A DNA stretch of 24,000 bases from Defluviitaleaceae bacterium (GCA_009785615.1 WQVX01000018.1:8027-32026); one strand, 5' to 3'; counted from the stretch's first letter, positions 9,346 through 16,453 are shown. The notes: generated from the sequence alone by a model not told the origin. A program made the numbers and translations.

Positions 9346-10580
9346 GGAAGAAATTAATAATAAGTTCAATAGCCGCTGCTTTATGCGTAGCGGCTATATT
9401 TTTGATTACTAATTCAAATCAAGCTGTTGGTAATCTTGAGCCTATAGAATCTCAAACAGAAACTCAAATAGAGTCTCAAATATATAGCTTAAACGAGATA
9501 GGCGAAGCAAAAGAGGCAGAAGAAATAAAAGAGATAGCAGAACAAAATAATCCGGAGTATCCAAGCGAACTCCATGAACCTGATGAAATAGATAAACTCA
9601 TTAGCCAAATGAATATCTACGAAAAAATCGGTCAACTATTTATTGCCCGATTGACACATGATCAAAGGGCTATTAATTTGATAGAGAACTATCATATTGG
9701 CGGCTTTATCTTTTTTAGCGAGCATGTTTTTAATATCCCACAGGTGCAGCAAACGATATTGAATTTGCAAGAAGCGGCAGAAATTCCGCTATTTATAGCA
9801 GTAGACGAAGAAGGCGGAAGAGTATCACGAGTAGGGCGTTTGTTTGCGCAGGGGGGACATACTGCAACTGCTTTTGCCATTGGAAACACAAGTGATCCAC
9901 AGAGAGCTTATGATTTCTATTATCACATAGGCCAAAACCTGACATATTTGGGCTTTAATATGAATTTTGCGCCGGTAGCGGATATTTGGACAAATCCGGC
10001 CAATACAGTAATAGGTGACAGAGCTTTTGGAACAGAGCCTGAGCTTGTAGCTGAAATGGTAGAAATGGCTGTACATGGTTTACGGTCTGCCGGTGTGCTG
10101 TCTGTAGTAAAGCATTTTCCCGGGCATGGGGATACAGTAGAAGATTCTCATTACAACTTAGCATTTTATCATCATGATAGAGAGCGGTTTAACCAAGTAG
10201 AAGCTATACCATTCCAAAGAGGTATTGAAGCCGGTACGGATGGAGTAATGATAGGTCATATTGCTACACCTCTGTTTGGAACAGGCAACCTTCCGGCAAC
10301 ATTTTCTTCTTATTTGATGGAACAAGTACTACGTACAGAGTGGGGTTTTGAAGGGCTAATAGTGACGGATGCATTGGATATGAGAGGGTTAACAAACTAC
10401 TATACTCACGATGAAATAGTGATCAATTCGTTTATTAACGGAGCGGATATACTTCTTATGCCTACACACCCGGAACAAGCAATAACCGCAATGATAGAAG
10501 CTTACCATGAAGGACGTTTTAGCGAAGAACGTTTAAATGAATCCTTGCGGAGGATTTTAGAGGCGAAAAATCTATTTTAG
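9342..10580 (+). CDS. nagZ: Membrane-anchored glycoside hydrolase family 3 beta-N-acetylhexosaminidase (NagZ/YbbD-like)
   Basis: KHFPGHGDTVEDSH motif, DEEGGRV, and VTDALDM. The N-terminus MRKKLIISSIAAALCVAAIF forms an anchor followed by an acidic Glu/Gln-rich linker. Start is ATG 9342, an ATGA overlap with the pepD stop. The track start at 9309 lies inside pepD. Confidence 0.85.
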   Translation: MRKKLIISSIAAALCVAAIFLITNSNQAVGNLEPIESQTETQIESQIYSLNEIGEAKEAEEIKEIAEQNNPEYPSELHEPDEIDKLISQMNIYEKIGQLFIARLTHDQRAINLIENYHIGGFIFFSEHVFNIPQVQQTILNLQEAAEIPLFIAVDEEGGRVSRVGRLFAQGGHTATAFAIGNTSDPQRAYDFYYHIGQNLTYLGFNMNFAPVADIWTNPANTVIGDRAFGTEPELVAEMVEMAVHGLRSAGVLSVVKHFPGHGDTVEDSHYNLAFYHHDRERFNQVEAIPFQRGIEAGTDGVMIGHIATPLFGTGNLPATFSSYLMEQVLRTEWGFEGLIVTDALDMRGLTNYYTHDEIVINSFINGADILLMPTHPEQAITAMIEAYHEGRFSEERLNESLRRILEAKNLF

Positions 10581-10612
10581 CAGGCTATTTACAGAGGGGG
10601 AAATTATTTTAA

Positions 10613-11137
10613 ATGAACATCCGCAACATTTGTTTCATCAGCATTTTTGTAGCAATGATTGCTACTGTATCGCAGTTAGCAATACCTTTGCCCGGTGGAG
10701 TACCTATTACTTTACAAACTTTTATAATTCCACTTGCAGGTGTCGTGTTGGGTTCTAAAAGAGGAGCAATCGCGGCATTTATATATGTATTATTGGGTGC
10801 AATTGGAGTTCCTGTATTTGCGGGCTTTACCGGTGGCCCGGGTAGTATATTAGGCCCTAGAGGCGGATTTATTTTATCCTATCCTTTTATGGCATTTGTT
10901 GTAGGGTTTGGTGCCGATACTGAAAAACGGCTCTTTTTAGTAATAGGATTGATTGTTGGTACCATTATCAATTTATCTATGGGCATGTTTCATTTTGCTT
11001 TTGTAACTGATAATACCTTGCAAAATGCTTTTTTTGTTGCAGTAGCACCATTCATTTTGATAGAAGCAATAAAAATGGTTTTTGTTTTCATTCTTGGACT
11101 TAAAATGCGTGAAATTTTAATAAAACTTGTTCACTAA
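10613..11137 (+). CDS. bioY: Biotin transporter S-component BioY (solitary, no bioMN adjacent)
   Basis: 174-aa polytopic protein with the BioY-type motif IPLPGGVPITLQTF and glycine-rich TM helices. SD GAGGGGG lies upstream. Confidence 0.85.
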   Translation: MNIRNICFISIFVAMIATVSQLAIPLPGGVPITLQTFIIPLAGVVLGSKRGAIAAFIYVLLGAIGVPVFAGFTGGPGSILGPRGGFILSYPFMAFVVGFGADTEKRLFLVIGLIVGTIINLSMGMFHFAFVTDNTLQNAFFVAVAPFILIEAIKMVFVFILGLKMREILIKLVH

Positions 11138-11211
11138 AAATACAAGCACATTTTACGGCCTTTCCCATATGTTATCATCAAGAATTAATAAGAGAGAGGC
11201 AGGGATTTTTA

Positions 11212-11799
11212 ATGAGCAATGTATTTGCATTTGCACCGGATTATCAAGAGCCACCACAATACGAGGTACTAGGAAATAAGATTGTATATATGGCTCCCTT
11301 TCCAAGCCCTAACCACAACCGCGCGGTAATCAATATAGCTTCAATATTCAGAGCCTACTTACGAGGTAAAACCAGTGAAGTGTTTGCTTCAGGCATTGAT
11401 GTTTTCATGGAAGATGATACTGTCATCCCGGACATAATGATAGTTTGTGATAGGGATAAAATAAGGGATGATGGTATACATGGTGCGCCGGATTTAATTG
11501 TTGAAGTAATTTCTCCAACTACAATTAGCCATGATAAGCTTTATAAAATGGGGCTATACGAGCGGTGTGGTGTTAGAGAATATTGGCTGGTAGATACCAA
11601 CAGCTTGTCGCTGGATATCTATGTGTTAAAAGACAGAAAGCTTATATTAAATTCAACCTATGGTATTGTTCCCTATTTTCTTGTTAATAAAATGACCGAC
11701 GAAGAACGTGCCTCTGTTCTCTATTTCTTTTCTTCACCCACATTTCCAAATATGGAAATAAATTTATCAGAACTGTTTGATAATATTGTAGCGAAGTAA
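11212..11799 (+). CDS. Uma2-family (DUF820) PD-(D/E)xK-like putative endonuclease
   Basis: PDLIVEVISPTT...HDK..K...Y...GVREYWLVD is the characteristic Uma2 core. About 195 aa. Confidence 0.8.
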   Translation: MSNVFAFAPDYQEPPQYEVLGNKIVYMAPFPSPNHNRAVINIASIFRAYLRGKTSEVFASGIDVFMEDDTVIPDIMIVCDRDKIRDDGIHGAPDLIVEVISPTTISHDKLYKMGLYERCGVREYWLVDTNSLSLDIYVLKDRKLILNSTYGIVPYFLVNKMTDEERASVLYFFSSPTFPNMEINLSELFDNIVAK

Positions 11800-11850
11800 G
11801 ATCCTGTCTAGGATCTTAAAAATATGCAATAGTCAGATAAAAACAATCCC

Positions 11851-11898
11851 AAGAGGTTCTGATTATGAGGGAATTCCTCCATAATCAGAACCTCTTTT
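11851..11898 (+). terminator. Rho-independent terminator ending the pepD-to-Uma2 co-directional block
   Basis: 17-bp perfect stem AAGAGGTTCTGATTATG (11851-11867) / CATAATCAGAACCTCTT (11880-11896) around a GAATTC-containing loop, running into CTTTT. Confidence 0.8.
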
Positions 11899-11913
11899 CA
11901 CATTTTTAGTGCA

Positions 11914-11942
11914 TGACCAAATTAATATATATGTGGTAGAAT
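11914..11942 (+). promoter_or_regulatory. Candidate promoter for the GlpA-like operon
   Basis: TGACCA (11914-11919), 17-nt spacer, then the extended -10 TGgTAGAAT (11934-11942). It lies ~40 nt upstream of ATG 11983. Confidence 0.45.
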
Positions 11943-11982
11943 ATCTATACTAACGAAAAATTACTGTTTGCGGAGGGTAATA

Positions 11983-13395
11983 ATGCAAAAACTACCAAAA
12001 CACTATGATACAATCATCGTTGGCGCAGGGATAATTGGATGTGCCACTGCGCGGTTTTTAGGACAATATAACTTAAATATATTGGTGATAGAATCTCAGG
12101 ATGATGTTTCCTGTGGAGCCTCCAAAGCAAACAGTGGCATAGTACACGCCGGTTACGATTGTTATCCGGGTACTTTAAAAGCTCAGCTTAACGCTGAAGG
12201 TGCAGCCATGTATCCAATTCTTGCAGAAGAACTTGACTTTCCCTTTAAAACTAACGGTTCTTTCGTACTCTGTTTTAACGAAGAGGATCATCATAAAATT
12301 ATTGCTTTGTACGAACGAGGGTTGACTAATAACATACCCGATTTAAAAATTATTACCCACGAAGAAGCTTACAACTTAGAGCCTAATTTAGCCCCAAATC
12401 TCCATTCTGCTTTATGGGCACAAAAAGCAGGTATTGTATCTTCTTATGAAGCAAATATCGCATTTGCAGAAAATGCCGCAGTAAATGGTGTAGAGTTTTT
12501 ATTGGAAACTTCCGTTATCAATATATCTCAAAAATCGAAAGAAATAGATTCAGCTCAGTCCTTTACTGTAGAAACTACACAAGGAACTTTTTTTACCAAA
12601 ACAATAATTAATGCGGCAGGTTTAAAAGCAGATATCATTAATAACTATATTAACGATACTACTGAAACTATTTTGCCTCAACGCGGACAATATTATCTTT
12701 TAGACAATGCTCATAGAGGTTTTGTAACCCGAACAATATTCTCATTGCCGGGCTCTAAAGGAAAAGGCGTGCTGATAGCCCCTACTGTAGATGAAAACAC
12801 CTTGATAGGCCCCAATGCAGAGGATAGCAACGATACTCAAACTACACGTTCAGGTTTAGACGAAGTTCTTGAAAAAGCAAAAATGTCAGTATCAAATTTG
12901 CCGATTCATGGACGAATAACAACCTTTGCAGGAGTACGAGCCAAACATGCCTCAAAAGATTTTGTGATAAACGAGCCAATTTCAGGATTTTTTAATGCCC
13001 TGGGAATAGATTCTCCGGGAATTTCTGCTGCGCCGGCAATTGGGAAAAAACTTGCGCAAATGGTTGCGGACAAGCTTAATCCCGGCTTAAATCCCGGCTA
13101 TAATCCCGGGCGTTTGGGAATTAAGCGATTTAGCCGGCTTTCTTTTGCAGAGCAAGCCGCACTTATAAGTGAAAACCCTCAATATGGTCATGTAGTTTGC
13201 CGATGCGAGACAGTGACAGAAGCAGAAATTATTGATTCAATCCGTAGGCCAATAGGTGCCGGAGATTTAGCTGCCATCAAAAGGCGTACTCGCGCTCAAA
13301 TGGGTCGCTGCCAAGGCGGCTTTTGTTCTCTTAAATTGTCAGAAATTTTATCAAAAGAATTAGGCGTAAGTGAGGAATACATATGGACTTGTTGA
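11983..13395 (+). CDS. FAD-dependent dehydrogenase of the GlpA / L-2-hydroxyglutarate-oxidase type with a C-terminal BFD-like [2Fe-2S] domain (probable anaerobic glycerol-3-phosphate dehydrogenase subunit)
   Basis: N-terminal YDTIIVGAGIIGCA dinucleotide fold, SKANSGIVHAGY, and C-terminal VCRCETVTEAEI...RAQMGRCQGGFC. Start is ATG 11983, 6 nt after GGAGGG. The track start TTG 11968 precedes the SD. Confidence 0.8.
   Translation: MQKLPKHYDTIIVGAGIIGCATARFLGQYNLNILVIESQDDVSCGASKANSGIVHAGYDCYPGTLKAQLNAEGAAMYPILAEELDFPFKTNGSFVLCFNEEDHHKIIALYERGLTNNIPDLKIITHEEAYNLEPNLAPNLHSALWAQKAGIVSSYEANIAFAENAAVNGVEFLLETSVINISQKSKEIDSAQSFTVETTQGTFFTKTIINAAGLKADIINNYINDTTETILPQRGQYYLLDNAHRGFVTRTIFSLPGSKGKGVLIAPTVDENTLIGPNAEDSNDTQTTRSGLDEVLEKAKMSVSNLPIHGRITTFAGVRAKHASKDFVINEPISGFFNALGIDSPGISAAPAIGKKLAQMVADKLNPGLNPGYNPGRLGIKRFSRLSFAEQAALISENPQYGHVVCRCETVTEAEIIDSIRRPIGAGDLAAIKRRTRAQMGRCQGGFCSLKLSEILSKELGVSEEYIWTC
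13075..13110 (+). repeat. In-frame 3 x 12-bp tandem repeat encoding LNPG-LNPG-YNPG
   Basis: CTTAATCCCGGC / TTAAATCCCGGC / TATAATCCCGGG read directly from the sequence. It is in phase with the CDS starting at 11983 and lies in the linker before the BFD-like domain. Confidence 0.9.
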
Positions 13396-14615
13396 TTGTA
13401 GGCGGTGGCCCTGCCGGGCTTTCTGCCGCCATTCGTGCTAAAGAAGAAGGAATTGAAAAAGTATGTATATTAGAGCGCAACACTCATTTAGGTGGTATTC
13501 TCAATCAATGTATACATCATGGGTTTGGATTGCATATTTTTAAAGAAGAATTGACAGGGCCGGAATATGCCCAACGACTTATAGACCGCGCAACAGAGCT
13601 ATGTGTACAATTTGAATTAAATACAATGGTGACAGATTTAAGCAGCGATAGATTAGTGACTTGTATATCTCCAAAAGGAGCTAAGCAAATTCAAGCAAAG
13701 GCAGTCATTTTAAGCATGGGCTGTCGAGAACGAACCAGGGGAGCTTTAGGTATTCCGGGGGATAGATGCCGCGGAGTGTATTCTGCCGGTACTGCTCAAG
13801 CTTTGGTTAACATGAAAGGGATTATGCCGGGTAAACGGGTAGTAATCCTTGGCTCCGGAGATATTGGGCTAATTATGGCTCGCCGCATGACATTGGAAGG
13901 GGCAAAAGTATTAGGTGTCTATGAACTGATGCCATTTTCTGCGGGGCTTAAACGAAATATAGCTCAGTGCCTGGATGACTATGACATTCCTTTAAAGCTG
14001 TCTCACACTATTACAAAAATTGTTGGACAAAAGAAACTTGAAGGCGTATATGTAGCACCTGTAGATAAAAATCGTAATCCGATATTTGAAGAGGAACAGT
14101 ATATTCCTTGTGATACCCTATTGTTATCGGTAGGGCTTTTGCCGGAAAATGAGCTTTCAAAAAAAGCGGGAGTGCATCTTTCATCTATCACCGGTGGAGC
14201 TGTTGTAAAAAGTGATTTGTCTACCAATATACCGGGAATATTCTCTTGCGGTAATGTACTGCATGTTCACGATTTAGCAGATGATGTGACTTTAGAATCC
14301 TATCGAGCCGGTTCTGCCGCTGCAAATTTTATTAAGCAAGGTAATCCCGGCCATTCAGCAATAAAATTTATAGAGGTACAACCCGGTTATGGCGTGAGGT
14401 ATGTTACTCCCAATTTTGTGCAAGAAAATGAGCAAGTGGAGTTATTATTCCGTAGTGATGGAATTTATCGTAAGCCAAAGATAAGTATATACGATGGTGA
14501 TCGGTCGGTTAAAACTATCAAGAAGTTGATAGTTACACCCGGAGAAATGGAAAAAATTAAGATATCAACCGAAGGCATGAAAAGTTGTACAGTGCTTATT
14601 GAAAATAGTGAATAG
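13383..14615 (+). CDS. NAD(P)/FAD-dependent pyridine nucleotide-disulfide-family oxidoreductase, partner subunit of the preceding dehydrogenase
   Basis: MDLLIVGGGPAGLSAAIRA FAD fold and a second Rossmann motif VVILGSGDIGLIMA. It overlaps the upstream stop by 13 nt, with SD GTGAGGA upstream. This two-gene arrangement is typical of clostridial/Thermotoga-type glycerol-3-phosphate dehydrogenase loci. Confidence 0.78.
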   Translation: MDLLIVGGGPAGLSAAIRAKEEGIEKVCILERNTHLGGILNQCIHHGFGLHIFKEELTGPEYAQRLIDRATELCVQFELNTMVTDLSSDRLVTCISPKGAKQIQAKAVILSMGCRERTRGALGIPGDRCRGVYSAGTAQALVNMKGIMPGKRVVILGSGDIGLIMARRMTLEGAKVLGVYELMPFSAGLKRNIAQCLDDYDIPLKLSHTITKIVGQKKLEGVYVAPVDKNRNPIFEEEQYIPCDTLLLSVGLLPENELSKKAGVHLSSITGGAVVKSDLSTNIPGIFSCGNVLHVHDLADDVTLESYRAGSAAANFIKQGNPGHSAIKFIEVQPGYGVRYVTPNFVQENEQVELLFRSDGIYRKPKISIYDGDRSVKTIKKLIVTPGEMEKIKISTEGMKSCTVLIENSE

Positions 14616-14638
14616 CTAAATACTTTGAAGAGACAGTT

Positions 14639-14684
14639 ATGTACATGCCCCGCTACATTAGTGAGGCATGTACATTTTTATTTT
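14639..14684 (+). terminator. Rho-independent terminator of the GlpA-like operon
   Basis: 11-bp stem ATGTACATGCC (14639-14649) / GGCATGTACAT (14665-14675) followed by TTTTTATTTT. Confidence 0.85.
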
Positions 14685-14733
14685 CGCGAAGCAGTGAGCC
14701 GTTGGGCAAGCTTGCTTGCACATTCGACGAACG

Positions 14734-14791
14734 CCGCGAGTGAACAGATTTAACACCTCGCGGCTTGCCGCACAGTGTTAAACCTGTTCAC
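14734..14791 (-). other. Long imperfect hairpin with mutually exclusive inner stems, directly after the stop of the secreted-protein gene (3' UTR structure or atypical terminator)
   Basis: The outer stem GTGAACAGATTTAACAC (14740-14756) pairs with GTGTTAAACCTGTTCAC (14775-14791) at 16 of 17 positions. Alternative stems are CCGCGAG (14734-14740) / CTCGCGG (14757-14763) and GCGG (14760-14763) / CCGC (14768-14771). No U-tract follows on the minus strand. Confidence 0.5.
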
Positions 14792-15279
14792 TACGTGCAA
14801 TTGCGGCAACCTCTGGGCATTCCCGATTCTACTCTGAGTCCTGACTGTATATTTGTTGATCGTGATAATGAAGTACAGTTTTCCGTTGAATGGTATACGC
14901 TTCCATTACGCACCCAAAACACGATATCTGTTTGTTGTTGCGGATCAATGGTTGCGGGGGTCGTAACAGAAAGTGTTGGAGTTGTCACAGGCATCAATTG
15001 GATTGGAAGTCCATCACCTATAAGTTGTAAAAGCATTTCCAAATCAACAGGGTACTCATTTGCATACGCTGACACTAGATTGTCGAATGTCAATAACATA
15101 GAGATATCATTTACTGAAATTTCTAATTCCCATGCTTCCCCATTCCAACTAATAGAACCTGAAAAAGCCTCTGTAGTAGCTTCGTCATACGATGTTGCTG
15201 TGCCGGTATTTGCAAAGACGGTAATTGTACCAATAGCTAAAACTAAGGCAAGTGTGAATACGCTGAAAAATTTTTTCAT
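14791..15279 (-). CDS. Secreted hypothetical protein with a cleavable-type signal peptide and a C-terminal His/Cys3 putative metal-binding motif
   Basis: MKKFFSVFTLALVLAIGTITVFA signal sequence with SD AGAGGA upstream. The C-terminus VYHSTENCTSLSRSTNIQSGLRVESGMPRGCRNC fits the YH..x..C(x19-20)CxxC pattern I recognise from small secreted Firmicute proteins. The + strand ORF 14765-15304 is its antisense shadow. Confidence 0.7.
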   Translation of the reverse strand: MKKFFSVFTLALVLAIGTITVFANTGTATSYDEATTEAFSGSISWNGEAWELEISVNDISMLLTFDNLVSAYANEYPVDLEMLLQLIGDGLPIQLMPVTTPTLSVTTPATIDPQQQTDIVFWVRNGSVYHSTENCTSLSRSTNIQSGLRVESGMPRGCRNCT

Positions 15280-15312
15280 ATTTGTTTATCCTCTCATAAT
15301 TTGAGTTGTTTT

Positions 15313-15612
15313 TTACTCCTCAAAAGTTGTTTTTTCTCCGCAATGTTCGCAAAATTTTACAGGTCGTTGAAAAGCAGATGAACATTTTGTGCAAGTAACA
15401 GGCCCTTTACCGCATTCTGCGCAAAAATTTCCGGCATTATTATTTCCACAGACACAAATCCATGTATCTGTAGATTTAGAATTTGAACTAGCCCTATTAT
15501 TGGGAGTGTTCCTGTTTACTGTTCGGTTTATACTTCTAATTGTATTATTAACACTTCTGCTTGTTCTTTCAATTTTATTGACTTTTCTATTTATATCTCT
15601 AAACAAATTCAT
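15313..15612 (-). CDS. Small double-zinc-ribbon protein with a basic Asn/Arg-rich N-terminal region
   Basis: 99 aa. Strong SD GGAGGG (complement of 15618-15623) lies 5 nt before ATG 15612. There are two ribbons: WICVCG-x8-FCAECG and CTKC-x11-FCEHCG. The N-terminus has the quasi-repeat INRKVNK / IRSINRTVNRN. It ends 33 nt upstream of the secreted-protein gene. Confidence 0.75.
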   Translation of the reverse strand: MNLFRDINRKVNKIERTSRSVNNTIRSINRTVNRNTPNNRASSNSKSTDTWICVCGNNNAGNFCAECGKGPVTCTKCSSAFQRPVKFCEHCGEKTTFEE

Positions 15613-15693
15613 AATTAGCCCTCCAAAGAATGATTTTAATAACCGGAAGCTGTATTCATAGGCATATCTGATAGCCTCATTACATTGTCTTTA

Positions 15694-15722
15694 AATGTAT
15701 CATAAAAATTCACTTTCATCAA
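15694..15722 (-). promoter_or_regulatory. Candidate promoter for the zinc-ribbon / secreted-protein pair, overlapped by a short inverted repeat
   Basis: On the minus strand: TTGATG (complement of 15717-15722), 17-nt spacer, then the extended -10 TGaTACATT (TACATT = complement of 15694-15699). The inverted repeat TACATT-n7-AATGTA (15681-15699) overlaps the -10. Confidence 0.4.
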
Positions 15723-15807
15723 TATAAAGATTTTGATTTTATAGTTCTTTATGTGTGATCGTTTTTGCGAATCAGTGAGTTGTTTATTAAGTTTACTACA
15801 GAGTGGT

Positions 15808-16380
15808 TCACTGTTTACGCTTTTCGCGCAAAATCAAAATCTTTCCGATTATTAGCTGCACTGCCTGAATAAAAAGCATCCATGTAATGATTGAAGCATA
15901 AGGATTGTCTCTTGCACTTAATAACCGGACAGCATAAACAAGGAAAATAGCTGTTGAAATAGCTTTCATAACAAGATTACTTTTTTTTGAATGTGCAAAA
16001 TTTCGTTTGCTGACCGGAGCTAAAGCAATGTTAAGTAGTATTGATAACAAGAGCAAAGCTTCCATCATGCCATGCATAACACTGACATCCGGCAATACAA
16101 GAATCACTGCCGCAAAAATAGCAAACGAAAGAATAACACAATATCTATATTTTTTAAAATGAAAACCGCCGGAGAATAAACGGACACTCATTAATACACC
16201 AATTACAATAAGAAATTCTGTCATCCTACCTATGTACGCAAAAAATATAGCAAAAAGAACAAATTCCATTGTGTTTAAAAAGATTACTTCAAGCATGTAC
16301 CGTAGCTTAGCAGCATCATATTTGCTAAGTTCCATGTTTGCTTCTGCATATCTAACTAATTTACCAACTACAAGTTCCAT
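15808..16380 (-). CDS. agrB: AgrB-family accessory gene regulator B (membrane cysteine endopeptidase that matures cyclic autoinducing peptides)
   Basis: 190-aa polytopic membrane protein. It has the motif VRLFSGGFHFKKYRYC, with His74 (codon complement of 16159-16161) and Cys81 (16138-16140) spaced 7 residues apart, as for the catalytic His77/Cys84 of S. aureus AgrB. The N-terminal region resembles clostridial AgrB, and SD GGAAGGA lies upstream. Confidence 0.85.
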   Translation of the reverse strand: MELVVGKLVRYAEANMELSKYDAAKLRYMLEVIFLNTMEFVLFAIFFAYIGRMTEFLIVIGVLMSVRLFSGGFHFKKYRYCVILSFAIFAAVILVLPDVSVMHGMMEALLLLSILLNIALAPVSKRNFAHSKKSNLVMKAISTAIFLVYAVRLLSARDNPYASIITWMLFIQAVQLIIGKILILREKRKQ

Positions 16381-16453
16381 CCCCGCATTCCTTCCCAGAA
16401 TTTTACAACAATATTAGATCTCTTGCATAGCATAACCGGGCAATTCTTGTTTC

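Noticed and set aside
11798-11817. 8-bp stem hairpin AAGATCCT-gtct-AGGATCTT overlapping the Uma2 stop codon
   Set aside because: It is followed by an A-run, not a T-run, on the + strand, so it is unlikely to be the terminator. The stronger hairpin at 11851-11896 fits that role.
14765-15304. 179-aa + strand ORF
   Set aside because: It is an antisense shadow of the minus-strand secreted-protein gene, which has a signal peptide, an SD and a recognisable C-terminal motif. The + strand product has no start context or recognisable features.
15637-15720. 27-codon minus-strand ORF (MKVNFYDTFKDNVMRLSDMPMNTASGY) in the gap downstream of agrB, considered as an AgrD candidate
   Set aside because: It has no Cys for a thiolactone, no hydrophobic or amphipathic leader, no Pro-containing acidic tail and no SD. 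Its ATG overlaps the -35 of the promoter I predict in the gap. The other two minus-strand frames of the gap are full of stops.
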